This document shows positions 47,138-62,453 of a stretch of DNA of 64,000 nt, piece after piece. The DNA is from the human T2T-CHM13v2.0 reference genome, Homo sapiens. Every line of letters starts with the position of its first letter. Position 1 is the first letter of the stretch. Position numbers and translations under genes: made by a program. The notes beneath the pieces are model-generated. The model ran no database searches. It worked only from the letters and a program-made list of their open reading frames with translations, and was not told the DNA's origin. The DNA is taken from NCBI RefSeq assembly GCF_009914755.1, contig NC_060935.1; one strand, written 5' to 3'.

Positions 47138-47836
47138 AAATGTATATTAAGCCTCAGAGTCCTATTTTACAGATATTAGAACCAAGGCTGAGAGAAATAC
47201 AATGTACTCAGGCACATTCCATAGCAATTAACAGAATGCAATTTTAACTAAGGTCTTCTGAGGTCATGGCTGCATACTTTCTCAGCTGCATCCATGTTTG
47301 GAAACCAGACTAAGCATTATGCTGTATAGAACAATCACCATCCAAAAGGTACAATTTGGTGATGCATCTGTTAAAAGAAATAGAAACTTAGAATAGGACT
47401 AATCGGTAGGGAGACACGACTGACAGCATAAAAGAATCAGAGAACAATTCGTGGTTCTATATAATTAAGTGCTAAATTATTTAGTAAGGATAAAGAAGTT
47501 TGGAAGAGACTTTGTGTGGGCTGGTGTATTCAGAGGAGAGATGACACATCAACTGGTCCTTGGAGAACTTGTATGATGTGCATCAGGTGGAGAACATTCC
47601 AAAAAGAGGAAACAAAAGGAGGTATTTTGGATTATTTTTATGAGGCACATCTAGGAATATATTTTGACCCAAGTTGAGGGTTCCTACTGAGGAATATGGA
47701 TAAATCTGGTGGATAAATTATGTTGGGCTAAATATATAAGAATTTGTTTTAATGTTTAGTTTTGTTTTACCCATACATATACATAATTTTACACAAGTGT
47801 GTATATGTGGCAATACATCTTCTTTTGAATATATAG

Positions 47837-48680
<844 letters not shown>

Positions 48681-48780
48681 CAATGTTTTTAAAACACTTT
48701 ATTTTTTTAAAAATATTTCTTTCTATTTTATTTTTATCAATGTACAATCAAGGCAGCAGAATAATAACTATTTTAAGTAT

Positions 48781-49291
48781 TGTAGAAGAAGGTCTTTATT
48801 TTAGGACTAAGAACTTACCCAGTTGTAAGATTTGTGAGACAATGAGAATCCAAAAGAGAAAGCAGGAGGATCAGAGAAATGTCACGAACCAGCCCTTCTG
48901 AAACACTGGTGTGGCAGACAAATCAGAGCTTCCAGTGAATCTGGAGTGAGTGAGATTATGATGCAATGCTGATGGGGCAGCCTATGGACAAGCTATTGCC
49001 TCTCTACCTCCTGCTGGGCTGGAGTTCCTGTAGAGAAAAAGAGCTGGACACAGTGCTGGGAAGAACAAGTTCTAACTAGAATCTATCTTCCTCTCTCATG
49101 TTGTTAGTATTATTCTCTAATTACTCCTAAACAAAATGACCTTCAGAGTATAACGTCTGCTGCATCCCTTCAGCTTCCCAAGTCTTGCGCAAATTCTCTT
49201 TTGATTAGCTTTAACCTGAAACCACAAAGGGAAGGAGATTCTGGAGAACATAGTTAGAGTTTAGCAAAGTTGACACAGAGCAGATATGACA
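48781..49291 (+). mobile_element. Old MLT2-family LTR
   Basis: TG start; ends gggaaggagattctggagaacatagtt..aagttgacaca.. Confidence 0.5.
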
Positions 49292-51089
49292 AAACACACA
49301 ACCAATTTTCATAAATGTCCACAAACTACAAAGATGTTGTATGCTCTTAAAAACTTCTGTTAAATGAACAGAATGTAGAAAGTAATCTAGATCTTCGTTT
49401 ACTTTTTACTATACTCTATTTAAAAATTTAGATGTATATATTGTTTCCTATTGTATTTGCAATTTATTAATTTCTTGGTTGTCTAATAGTTTACTTTTAT
49501 ATTAAATGCTGTATGGTTTAGTGCATAAAATATATGATGTTATATCTTATTTATAAATTACACTCCTACCTTTACATAATGTTTCTGTTTAACATTTTAG
49601 TTCTTCTAATGTGAAATTTTACCTTGATTAATATTAATATTACCATTTCTGATTACTGTTTTGTTTGCATTTACCTGGAATCACTTTGACCACTGCTTTA
49701 TTATCTTGCCTTAAATATTTTTATTTCTACCAATGTACATATCTTGATTTAATCTAATTTAGCTCTCTGTATTTTAGTAGAAAACAATGCATCTGTTTAT
49801 ATTTTGAGTAGTGGCTGATATGCTTGGCTGGATTCATTCCATCTTGCTTTGCACTTTTTACTTCTTTCTCATTGATGACCACATGTTTTCCTTTTCCTTA
49901 TTGTTCCTGGCCTGGTTTAATCAAGATGCAATATATTTCATTTGTTTTCTCCTTGGACAATGTACTGTTTTCTCATTTATTACATATTACTTTTATTTTC
50001 TTTGTTCTCATAATCAAATAATTTAAATAAAACTATTTTGTCATCAAGATGCATGCTTCTATTTCCCTCCTACTTGATCCCTCCCCAATAAAAGGAAATC
50101 TTGAGTATTTTAACTTTTTACTTTTTCTTTCTTATCCCTCATCCCCTTGATAGACTTCCGTAACATTTTTACATCCCCTACTCCCAACCACCTGGATTTG
50201 CTGAGAGAATTGACAACAAACTAGAATTTATTTAACAGTGTTCCTTTTCTTTTCAGTATCTTTTTTGGCTCTTATATTAAGTTCCCCTGGAAAGTGTATT
50301 ATTATTCCCTTGCACTTAGATAAATAAATAGATACAATTTTGATATTAGTATATTTTACTCATAAATCTTGGAGTCTGTCTTCTGATTTGTTTTTTGACT
50401 AGATTTTTTTCTAATCTATTTTAATAAAACAAGTTCTATAAGCTATATATTCCTCAAATTATTACAAATTCTCAAATGTCTTCCTACACTCAAGAATAAA
50501 TTATGTCTCATCTGGCCATGTGATTCTGGGATGTAGTCATCTTTTATCAGCAATCTGAAGAAGCTATTCTAGCTTCCAGCATGGCAAATAAGAAGTCTGA
50601 TGTCAATCTCCTTCCTGTTTCCCTTCAATTATATTTTATTAGTTTCACTTGCAGTCCTATAAAATTCCTTAGTGGTCAGGAATTTTACAAGATATGTCAG
50701 GATAAGTGTCTTTTCTTAACCTAGTCTATGTTCAAGGAAGCTTTATCTTTATTTGTGAGAAATTTTCTTCTATCATTGTTTAATTATTGCTATACTTTCA
50801 GTGTTTATTCTTCTTGCTTTTCACAGCATTTTCATTACTCCAACAACAGTGTTCATGGTTCCATTCCTCAAGCTTTTTTATATTTCATCCTATCATATCT
50901 TCTTATAATGTTATTTGTCTGTGTGATGATTCTTACTTTTGATCCTCTAGATCACTCATTTGGTTCTAACTATGAATCTTTCCTTCAGTTTATGTACCGC
51001 ATTTTTTTAGCTGCAAAACCATGGTATTTAGCTCCAGAAAATCTTCTTATTACTTGTACTTGAATATAATTGAAGACCTGATTTTTTAC

Positions 51090-52140
51090 TAATATACTCA
51101 TTTTTAAGAACAGTTTTAAACTTATAAAAACATTGAGTGAATAATACAGAGAATTTCCATATACCTCTCTCCCTGCACAATTTCCTTTATTATTAACATC
51201 TTAATATTTGTATGTTTGTTACAGCTGATGAACCAGTATTCATACATTATTATCAACTAAAGCCTATAGTTTATTCATATTTTCTTTATTATCACCTCAT
51301 CTCTTTTCTGTTCCAGGATCTCATATTGGTTAGTCCATTACATGCAGTTGTCATGTCTCTTTAGGCTCCTCTTGACTTGACAGTTTCTCAGACTTTCCTG
51401 CTTTTTGATGACATTGACAGTTTTAAGGATTATTGGTCAGGTATATTATAGCATACTCCTCTAATAGTATTTCTTATGGTTAGAAAGGAATTATCGGTTT
51501 TGGGGAGGTACACAGAAAGAATGTGCCATTTTCACCACATCATATGAAAGGTACATATGATCAATTAGATTTATGGCTGTTGATGTTGACCTTAGTCACC
51601 TGGCTGAAGTAATGTTTATCAGGTTTCTCTACTGTAAAGGTAGTGTTCTTCCCCTTTCCCATACTGTACTCATAAGAGGGAAGTCACTGTATTTAGCTCA
51701 TACTAAGGAATAGGGAGTTATGCTTCTCCTCTTTTAGGGTAGAGTGGTTACGTCATTTATTTGGAATTGTTCTGCATGGGACATTTGTCTTTTCTTCCCC
51801 ATTTATTTAGTCAATTACTTATGTCATCATGGACTCATGGATATATATTTTACACTTTAGGTTATAATACAATATTACTTCATTTATTTTGGTGCCAAAA
51901 TTTTCTCATCTGTGACCACTGAGACCTCTTTCCATTGGTTTCTGTGACCCCTTTGACTGCTTTCATCAATTTTGTGTGTGTGTTTTTTAACCACTTTCTT
52001 ACTTTCTGGGACTTCAAGATGCTCAAGGCTCAACTGGTATATCCCCTGCCCTAGACCTGAAATCATCTATTTATCCAAAGAACCCTGGGTCCTTTTACTG
52101 GAGAAAGGTATCAGAAACTAAAATATGGGGTGCTAGGTGC
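51090..52140 (-). mobile_element. L1MC-family 3' end
   Basis: gtcatgtctctttaggctcctcttg..gacagtttctcagactttcc..ttgatgttgaccttagtcacctggctga. Confidence 0.75.
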
Positions 52141-52539
52141 TATTAGGGTCTTGTTTATTTTAGCTTCTCTTGAGTACATTTTTAAAAACTATTTAAGGCT
52201 GAATATCTGCTTTGGCAGTTTTGTTTTACTGTGTATGCATTTTGATCTGTCTGATTTCCCTATTTCTGACCACTGGAATCCTTTGGATGGATTCTCCCCC
52301 CAGACTTACTGGGATTGTGGGCTTACTGTGGTTGAATATTAAATGGCTGGATAAATTGCTTGGGGTTTTGAATGGGAAGGAGCATCTTTTCTTATGGGTC
52401 TGTGATTCAAGAGACGTTGGTCCTTGTTTAAGAATTTATATTAGCCATTTCAAAACACGTGGGCTTCCTGTGCTCTCCTAGCCTCAGAGGAAGTACAGAC
52501 TCAATGTGCCTGCAGAACCAACACTTGAACACAAGAGAA

Positions 52540-53470
52540 TCAAGAATAGAAGAAAATAACTTCCAGAATTATGGAGTAAGGACCTAAAACGATTTCTCTT
52601 CCATTAAAGCAAAGAAAATACTGGCAAAAATTGACAAATTAATTCTTAGAATTCTGGAAATCAATCCAAAGCTTTCAACAATTCAATGTGTTTATTTAGA
52701 AAAAAAAGCTGAATTGTGATAATAATACCCTTTGTGACATTTTAATTTCCCATATTCCCATCTCCATCTTACCAGCTCTGTGATACTCTTGAAAACCAGT
52801 AGACTTAGAAACACAGTAGCTGTGAAAACCAGCTGCCTAGCAGCACATGCTCCATCTCCAGAGAAATGTCATTATTTGACCTATCTGTTAAAGCCACATT
52901 CACAAGGTTTATGTTTATCTGATCTGACTCAGAGCTTGGTAGATAAGAAAAGCCCTACCTTAAGAGTATTTCTCAAAAACAATTGGAGGCAATATTTAAC
53001 ATCACAGCTGACTGAGGTGGCAATAGCAATTGAGGTAAATAAGAGGCTAACTGAAAAATGTAAAAGAAAAATCTGGCAATGAGCTGTTCATAGGTAACTT
53101 TGAAAAGTTTTGACATATTTTTGGATATCTAAATAACCACATGTTTGTGGAGCTGGGCATATGCCCAGAAAAGACCCTATCTCTCACTTCAGCTGACCTT
53201 GAGACTGTGCAAGCCGGAAGTGAAGGTGTAGGCAAAGTTGTACATTGCCTGCCAGATGTACCCCAAAATACACACTGAGACCCTCAGCAAGAAGTGGAAG
53301 ATTTAATTGTATCACAACATTTAAGGAAATGTCTATCAAATTAGCTGACTACTAAGAAATTGAAAGACACGCCAATGACTGGACAACACAAAGAATATAC
53401 ACTTTTAAAAATGAGCCCAAGCCAAAATTAGTTATTAAATAAACACTCATCAACAAAGGCAACAACCAAA
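52540..53470 (+). mobile_element. Old L1M 5'-region fragment
   Basis: cagaattatggagtaaggacc..aaaatactggcaaaaattg..agaattctggaaatcaatc motifs. Confidence 0.5.
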
Positions 53471-53473
53471 ATC

Positions 53474-53655
53474 TGTATTAGCCAATGTTTTCTAGAGAAA
53501 CTGAACCAATCAGATGTATATATAGTGAACACTTTATTTTAAGGGATTGGCTCACGTGGGGGCTGGTAAGCCAAAATTTTGCAGTGCCAGCCAGTAGGCT
53601 GGGAACCCAAGGAAGAGCTGATGTTTCAATCTTGAGTCCAAAGGCAGTCTGGAAA
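53474..53655 (+). mobile_element. MLT2 LTR 5' fragment
   Basis: tgtattag..tctagagaaactgaaccaat..ttgagtccaaaggcagtctgg. Confidence 0.7.
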
Positions 53656-55076
53656 CATGTAACAACGAAAATACACAAAATACTAATATTACCGTTAGGT
53701 ACTCCTAATCAAATATTTATATGAGGCAAGTTTCTGGGTGATCACGTATTAAATACCTTAAAAAATATTTTAGTGAAATGAATAGGTATAATTAAATTGA
53801 TTGGTTGCTCCTGATTGCACTGAACCCATGGGAAAGGAAAAGGATGAGCTCAAGGATTCAATTTCCTGGTAACAAAATCTGATTTGGGAACTGGAAAATG
53901 CAGTCACTAGAGTTAACATGCAAACTTTCCTGAAAGGGACCATATACAAACCCTTGTTTTTATTGTGCAAAATGTAATGCTATAAATTTTTTTCCAAATG
54001 TTCCACCATTGTTTTACAATAAAACCACGAATATGGAAGACTTGACGCTTCAAACACTTAGGGCTTATGTCACCAGTTGCTATCTTTTCCTAACGTAATT
54101 ACAAAGATGCGCAGGGTATTTTTTTGGCATAAAGCTTGCAATAACTAAAAATATATATCCTAGCTGAATTTTGCACATAGATTCCAGTGTATATTTGTTA
54201 ACTATACTGAAAAGAAAATACACAGCTTTCTCCTGTTACTTAGAGGAATTATAGTAAGGAAGTAAGAATAATTTTATTTGATATAAAATATGTTTTACTG
54301 AATATTTTCCAAGGCAACATTATATGATTAACTATTCAGTGATATTAAATATGGATTTATTTAGATTTACTTTAATGAATCTAAAGACTGTAGTTGGAAG
54401 ATTAATTATTGATACATAAATGGTTTCAAGTCATCAATATTTATTTTCATAAGTAAATTAAATACTTCAAAAATCTTTTCATCCTAAGACTTGTTTTGTC
54501 AAGCTATTTGTCCCTTCATTATATCACAATGTTTGATTTCAAATCCCATTCAAGTTCAGATTGCTACAAAGCTTCTAACTGTATATTTGGATCAGTGAGG
54601 ATTTCCTTTACTATTTTCACTATTTTCCTTTAGAGGGGAAAAAGGAATAACCCCTGGTCAAACCAGCCATAAAGATTATATTTCTGAAGCCAGAGTGCGT
54701 GAAATTCTCTTCCAGCAAAGCTTAGAATATGAGGAGATGGAACGACCGTTAGAGAACATCTAAGTCATCAGTCTTATTACAGGTTAGAGACCTAGATCCA
54801 AGGAGGCAAACTTATTTTCCCACAGTTAGACAGCATGCTAGGACACAGAGTCTATGATCTAGAATCCCAAAGCAATGCACTCTTTCCACATATCTCTGCT
54901 AAGTCAAGAAGAGGCCCTCCATGACCAAGTGCTGATTTTTTTCAGTTTCAAATCTGTGTTATTATTGGATTAAAATGGCATATAAAACCATTTCCTATCA
55001 AGTAATTTAAACATAGTTATCATTTTTCCCTTTTTACATTTATTTTTATAACATAAATAATGCATATTTGATGGTT

Positions 55077-55175
55077 AGAATGACCACATAACTTACTGTC
55101 CAAACCAGCACACTTTTTAAAAGTTTGAGGCTATTAATAATTACACTGAGATAAAAGGCAACCCAGAACATAAAG
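55077..55175 (+). mobile_element. MER94-like fragment
   Basis: agaatgaccacataacttactgtccaaaccagcacacttttt..ctattaataattac. Confidence 0.55.
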
Positions 55176-58169
55176 CCACTCTATGAATGAATGGACAATA
55201 AAATTAAGGTATCAGTAAGCAAAATGAAAAAATAAACCTTTTCGCCCCATCTCCTCCATCTAGACTTAGCTATATTTTGAATTTTATCATTATGGATGTA
55301 TCTATGCACGTACTTTTTTGCCAAAAGGATCAATATTTTTTGCAGTCTGCTTTTATCAACGAATAATGTATTAGAATCATTTTTCTCAGTAAATAAATAT
55401 TCATGCACACTCAACGTTTGAATGATTGCTTAGCATTGTGTTGTTACTCTTATAACCGGCCTGGTCATGTTCAAATAGAGACCACACTGTTCACTCAATT
55501 AGTCACCCTAACTTCTGGGGGTCAAGTATATATTATCTCTGGAAAGTAAATATATAACTACAAAGGTTACCTCCATTTCCATCTTTCTACAAACACCTAA
55601 ACAACCAAAAATACACAGGCCTAGACCAGTCAGGCAGAGGCCAAGCTATCAGAAGAGACATTAGCAACAAGTAACTAGTACAATCACACCCAGGATACTT
55701 GCTGAGTATCAGCTTTGATCAAAAGCATGGCAATTCACCAAAATAAGGTAAAGTTGTTGATATTACCAGAGTATCAGTTTAAGAGCTTATAAAGTTGGGC
55801 AGAGCCTGGCTAATAAATCAACAATTATTACATTCTTATGTTGTCAAACCAGTACAGCAAGATGAGTCTTTATGAAATTATCTGCCTAGAAGAAATAAAG
55901 TCATGAAGCTATGCAAATCTACAGACTTGTACGTAAATTTCAAAGTGCAATTAGCACACTGAAATTTGTTTGAATGTCTTATTACTAGATTACTTTCACA
56001 AATAATAAAGAGTAGTTGAGGATTATGGAAAGCCATTCATTCAGCAAATATTTATTTGCTCAGCTTTTATGTGTCAATCATCTTTTCGGCACCATGACAA
56101 ATAGAAAAGTGAGTCAACCTGAAGTCTATTTTAAAGGATTTCTTCTTGACTGGTAGAAAAGTATGCGCCTACTTTCAAAAGCATACATGTATAATGCATG
56201 GTAGAAACATTATGAAAATGCCATTAAGTGATGTTATTCATGCTCGATGGAAATTGGAGAAGGCTAAATCTACATCTAACTGGCTTTGTACTCAGTAGAT
56301 GTAGATGTGGATAAAATATATCTTCATACAAGAAATGTCATTGCTCCCTGAAGGAGTTTTAGGACAATCATTCCCAGTGGAGAAAACAGCAGCAGCAGCA
56401 GCAAAAGCAGACCAATAAGGAAGAAAGCAATATAGGATTAAAAGAGTTTGTAAAAGGGTCTTTGAAACAATATTGGAAAGTGCTGCAAGAAAATATGGAG
56501 CCCCTTGAATGGTAAAGCAGTGAACATGGACTTGATGATTTTTGTTTAAATAAATTAAATTGTCTATTTTTAATAACATTATTGAAGTATGATTGATATA
56601 CAAAGAACTGCACATACTTAATGTACGATGAGTTTGAACATATGCAAACACCTGTCATGCAATCACTACAATCAAGGCAACAAACATATCCACAGGATGT
56701 ATGGGACAAGGTAGCTGATGACAGATTAAACAACATGGATTTAATCCTATAGGCAACTTGAAATAATTATTCAGATTTTCAGCAGGGTTCTAAGATATGA
56801 ACTGCTGTTTAACCCATCATCACCTCCTTTGTCCCACACATCTCCCTTCTCTTGATGCTGTCTTCTTACACAAATCATTTTGTGTTCCTGTCTCTTCAAA
56901 ATGCCATGTGCTCCAAGCACTTGAGAATTAATTTTTTTAAAATTCTGTTTTGTAAGACTTCTTAAGGCTGGACTCAGAGAAGGTTGAGGCTGCTGATTTT
57001 CCTCCATGACTTTATCTTAGACACACCCATCAGTAGTACTACTTCTGAATGCTACTCGGAGCATATAGCCTGGATATCATCAGGATGAATCTACTTAATT
57101 CTGCTGTTATACTGTCACATGTGGCCAGAAACCATAGGCTTTTAGGGAGAAAATTGTTAAATTTCACTCCATTTTTCCTTTTATGATAGTATATGACTTT
57201 TTTACAGAGCTGGTTTTTGTCTTTAATATACGGAGAGAAACTAGAAGCAGGAAAGTACTGCTTTTCCATTTCTGTTACCATTTAGGCAATGAGAAGTATC
57301 ATTCACAATTCCAATTTTAATTAAGGCAGTGATTCATGACCCAAAGAGGCAGAAACAGGACTCTCTCAGTCCCTTTGACAGAGCACAATACAGAGAAACT
57401 CACAACTGGCTGAGCTGAGGGACCTATTTCGAAATTCAAAGGAATAAAAAGTCTCCCAGTGATGTAAACATCAGAGTTTCTTACCTCTCTGGGGAGCAAA
57501 TGTTAGCAGGGGGGCTGCAAAGTTAATTACTTAAGGAGGACAGGAGACAGGTTGTGAGTTGTGGGGAGCAAGAGCAGCAGAAACATGAAGGGGAACGAAA
57601 CCCTAGGTCCAAAGAGAAAAAAGAGAAAAATTGAAGTTGTAGCAAGACAGGTATATGGGTAGGGGGGTTGAAGATCTATGCATGTAATAAGGATAAAATC
57701 AACACATATCATTGATAAAGTATGAAAATGATAAAAATATATGAAAGTATAAAAAATATTACCCTTTACTCAACTTGCAAGCATGATTACTCCAGACATT
57801 TTCGCATGTTTATTTCTAGGCTTTTTTTTTCTACTTTGGAAAACAGAGTCAAGACTGTACTGTGTATTATACATTAATCATGCCCCCTCACTAAACATTA
57901 TATAAAATACACATTTTGCATGTCATTAAAATTTGGAGAAAAATGTTTGAAGCTAAAAATAGTAGGAAAAAGCAACCCAACATAGTTCATAGTTAGCTTA
58001 GCTTTCCTTAATGAGGCTACTTGCTATCCATTCTTAAACTGTCCACAATGGAAATGTCAGCCCATCAAAATGCTTCCTTTTACCCCAACACAGAATTTTT
58101 ATTTTGAGTTAAAAAAGAGGGCTTTTGCTCAAACTCTTCTTTCTACACTTCCAAAACGTACTTTCTTTC

Positions 58170-58172
<3 letters not shown>

Positions 58173-58216
<44 letters not shown>
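58173..58216. repeat. (CA)n(GA)n microsatellite
   Basis: Seen directly. Confidence 0.95.
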
Positions 58217-58657
58217 GAATCTTTTTCTCTTTGCACTGCCTTTCTATAAAGCAGATGGTGCTTCAAATTTCCTCGGCCCCTCACAAAGCTGTTCCTCTAG
58301 CAACCTCCCCTAAAAGACTGATTTTAAAACAAGCAAAGATGTTCTTTGAATCCCCTGCTAGTCAATCTGGCAGTCCAACCTAAAATGTTTCTAATTTTAA
58401 GAAAAGTAATTAACTTTATGACAAGATAGTTTAATCATAGCTGCACCAAGGAGGTTAGGGTGCAAGGGTGTTAGAAATAATAACAAACATTCTTTCCTTG
58501 GAAAAAAATCCAATGAGGTTCAAAATCTCAACTCATTTCTAGTTCTGGCAGATACATATTTGCCTCCTGCTGGGTTTTGGATCAGGGAGTAGGTTGGAGA
58601 AAATCAGGGATCAACAGAAAAAGATCTTAGGAAGGTAAAGGTGATACCTGTGCCTAG

Positions 58658-58891
<234 letters not shown>

Positions 58892-59986
58892 TAAAGTTTA
58901 AATTTCAAAAATATTTCTGATTCTAAAACCAGTGATTTAAAAGGGGGTTTTAAACATTTAAATGAGATCTACAGGGGTCATAACTGACTAGTAAGTATTG
59001 GGTGTTAGTTTTCTGCCATTCTTAAATTCATTGTCTAATCCTCACGTAGGAGAATTGGGTTGCATTAGAATCAATGAGTTGGTTCACATCAGAATGATCT
59101 GTAAGCTGAGTTCTATCAGAATTTTAACTCTGGATGAACAAAATTTAAAAAAAACATCCTCGAGCAAGTCATTTATTCTTCTCGGTTTCAATGCCCTCAT
59201 CTATACAATATCTGTATTAAAAGCCCTTACGGAGACAGTCTCTGAACTGTGTTTTAGATCTTCATTTGGAGGTGAACTCACACTGAGTTCATTGTCTGTA
59301 ACCAAGTATTTCTTCAATGCCTGCATACTGAGCTCTTATTGAATGCTCAGCATTTCTTTCTGGAAAGACCATTATGATACATTAAAGAAGGTAGCACATT
59401 GTTTGCTCTTCCTCCCACTGAGAGTAGAATCCAATTTCGCTTTTTGCTTCAGATGACTTTAAGACCAGTTACTGAACAATCAAGAGAGACTCTGAGAGAT
59501 AACTGCCTGTCTGAATCTAGCCCACCTGCAAAATCCATAAGTAATAATAATAAATTTTAGTTTACAGCTTAGTTTCAGGGTAGTTTGTTATGCATCCATA
59601 AATAATTGGAGCATCTGTTTGTTCAAAGCTATATTCCCCTCATTCTTTTGTATCATGCACCACAGATGAATCAAACAGCATACAATAATAACTCAATATT
59701 TTTGAGGTATCGAAAGTTTGGAAATTTCTGCATATTTTTTATCTGCTTTTATTTGGATTATTCACCTGATTCTGAGTTGATTCCATAAAACTTCAAAACT
59801 GAGGAAGCAACGGACTCTCACGATGTGTCTGTTCAATAACATCTTACATCTTCCAGGAAGAACTTAGGGCTTTGAATCAGGGAGCAGAGATAGATGGAGG
59901 AAAGGAGATCCTACTGAAAAATGTGTTCAGCTAGCTTCTGGTCCTATTTTGGCCACTGCAGTTTGGTCTTTCAAAAGTTACTTCAA

Positions 59987-60255
59987 AGTGGGAGCTGAAT
60001 GATGAGAACACACGGACACAATGGGGGAACAACACACACTGGGGCCTGTTGGAGGGGGAGGGAGAGCATTAGGAACAATAGCTAATGGCTGCTGGGCTCA
60101 ATACCCGGGTGATGGGGTGATCTGTGCAGCAAACCACCATGGCATACGTTTACCTATGTAACAAACCTGCGCATCCTGCACATGTACCACGAACTTAAAA
60201 TACATGGTGAAGATATAAATAAATAATAAAATAAAACTTCTCAAACTAAACAAAA
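59987..60255 (+). mobile_element. Short L1PA8-like 3'UTR fragment
   Basis: agtgggagctgaatgatgagaacacacggacac..aacttaaaata; TSD agttacttca. Confidence 0.9.
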
Positions 60256-60261
60256 AGAGTT

Positions 60262-60460
60262 ACTTCACTTCTTTGGGTATCGGGTGCCTTCTCTTTCAAA
60301 TAAGGTGTTGATTTATGTGGTCTTGAGAAATCTTTGTTGCTCTGATCTTAAGTTTCTTTTTATAATATTAGAATCATAGTTTACCTACATTACAGGGCTT
60401 TTATGAAGATTAAATCGAGCATCGTGGGTAGTGTTTTTTCAGCCCCTGTGACTAAGTAGG
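60262..60460 (+). mobile_element. MIR fragments
   Basis: acctacattacagggcttttatgaagattaaat. Confidence 0.55.
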
Positions 60461-60962
60461 TTATAAATGGTCCTCAGTCATCATCATCATAAATGATTCA
60501 AGGCCTGAATGGCAGAAGAAGAAGAGGAAAACTCAAGTGAAAAGTGCTAGACATAGAACACAGCTTACCTAATAAAACATGCTACTGGCTAACTAAGCTG
60601 GGGTGGCTTTCTGCCCCCTCTACTTAAATTTAAGAAAGAAAAACAGAAACGTCTCTGCATCTGCCACTGCATACCCTCTCAGAGCACAGACCAACTTTGC
60701 CCTTCCTTAAAAGTCCCAGGGTTTACCTACCAACTTTTAGGAAATAAATAACCAGCCTCAAAGCTTGGCAAAGAGGGCATCAGTATCAGCTCTAGAGGTT
60801 TGCTCCGATTTATATCTCCTCCTCCAGTAAAGTCTTCTGCTCCCACTCCCAGCCAACCCCGCTCAACGCCCACCCCTCACTGCGGCACTGGACGCGCGGG
60901 GGATGCGGGGTTGTTCCCAGAGTAGCCGCTAAGGGGAGCCGGACGCTAGACCGCCCTCCCGC

Positions 60963-60976
60963 GTTCCCATGACAAC
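60963..60976. promoter_or_regulatory. RFX X-box motif GTTCCCATGACAAC
   Basis: Close match to the palindromic X-box GTTNCCATGGNAAC, ~170 bp upstream of the ATG. Confidence 0.7.
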
Positions 60977-61144
60977 GACACCGGCGGGCGCGTAGCCTGG
61001 AGAGCGAAGTGCCGGCTACAGCAGGTGTCGGATTGCAGTGCGCTCGCTGAGGCTCCGGACCTTGGAGCGTCTAGAGTCTGGCTACTGTTCCTCCGCCTCC
61101 CTCTCGGGCAGCTCCCTAAGCCGGCTGGGACGCGCAGAGTGAAA

Positions 61145-61190
61145 ATGGTCCACCATTCAGGCTCCATTCAGTCCTTTAAACAGCAAAAAG
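61145..61190 (+). CDS. ANO3: Anoctamin-3 (TMEM16C), first coding exon of the canonical isoform ([15 protein letters not shown] + first base of Gly)
   Basis: ATG is in strong Kozak context (gaaaATGG). The peptide matches the N-terminus of human ANO3 as I recall it ([21 protein letters not shown]...). Donor AAG|gtcagt at 61190/61191, phase 1, inside a CpG island. Confidence 0.93.
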
Positions 61191-62148
61191 GTCAGTTGGA
61201 ATCTTGCTCCCCTCTCCCTGCGGGCGTCACTTCCCCCCTGCATGCCCTTGCAGTTGTGTAGGAGCATCCTTTTCAGGCTTATGCGACACAGAGGTGGGGA
61301 ACTCTGTGAAGTTAAAAAAAAAAAAAAAAAAAATTAAATTCCTCTTCACTCTGCATCCTAGATGAGTGATTTTCTGAGCCTCCGCACAGTGCCTGGGAGT
61401 ATCGGAATTCGTCATTTCAGGACTTGACTTAATGTATATCTCTGTGAAGACTGTTTCAATGCACTGCAGTAAACCCGCTTAGTAGGGATTGTCCGAATAG
61501 CTCAGTAGAGCTCTGAGGGGTGAGGACAGAAATGTTCAACAATATCTGCCGTCTTCTGTGGTTCAAATGTTGAGTAATCTTCACAAAAGTGTGTCTACTC
61601 CTTGAGACGCATTTACACAATCATAAGATAAATGAATTCTTGGGGGAGTTCCAGAGTTGGCCTGTTGCAGTTAAAGGGGCTCTGTCACTTCCTTGGGAAA
61701 ATTTATTGTTTGCCCATGTCCCATGCTTGATTCTGGGTTTCAAGTTCTTGAGGTTAGGTTTCTCTTCTAGGGGCTTCGTATTATGTCTTTTAGTTTCTCC
61801 CTCAAGTTTCTTGCTGGGCATAGTGACAAGAATCTGTATGTTCAAGTTATCCTCACTCTTTGATCTTTGTTTCTTATTTGGTTTAAAAGGCTTTTTACAG
61901 AGCATTTTTATTTTGAGGCACATTCACAGTTTTTGGAGTTTTATTATCCAGAAGCATTAATTAACACAATTGCCACTTTGCTGAATTAATAATGGTAATT
62001 ATGATACAGTTAACCATAGAGTGCCTTAGATGTGTGAATTCTGGAATGCTGAATTTGTTCATTCAAAGTAAATATTTACTTAAATATTCTCATCCCCACC
62101 CTCCAGATATTATTTGTATTTCTTTCATCAACAGTTGTTTTTATGTAG

Positions 62149-62453
<305 letters not shown>

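Larger units (their letters stand above)
60850..61230 (+). promoter_or_regulatory. ANO3: CpG-rich promoter and 5'UTR of ANO3 exon 1
   Basis: Only non-Alu CpG-dense, GC-rich stretch in the window; directly precedes the ATG. Confidence 0.88.

Noticed and set aside
61025-61261. 78-aa ORF as a complete protein
   Set aside because: It is 5'UTR plus ANO3 exon 1 plus read-through into the intron; the real CDS stops at the donor at 61190
61621-61923. 100-aa Lys-rich minus-strand ORF and the overlapping 123-aa plus-strand ORF
   Set aside because: No recognisable domain; composition reflects a T-rich intron start; no convincing exon structure
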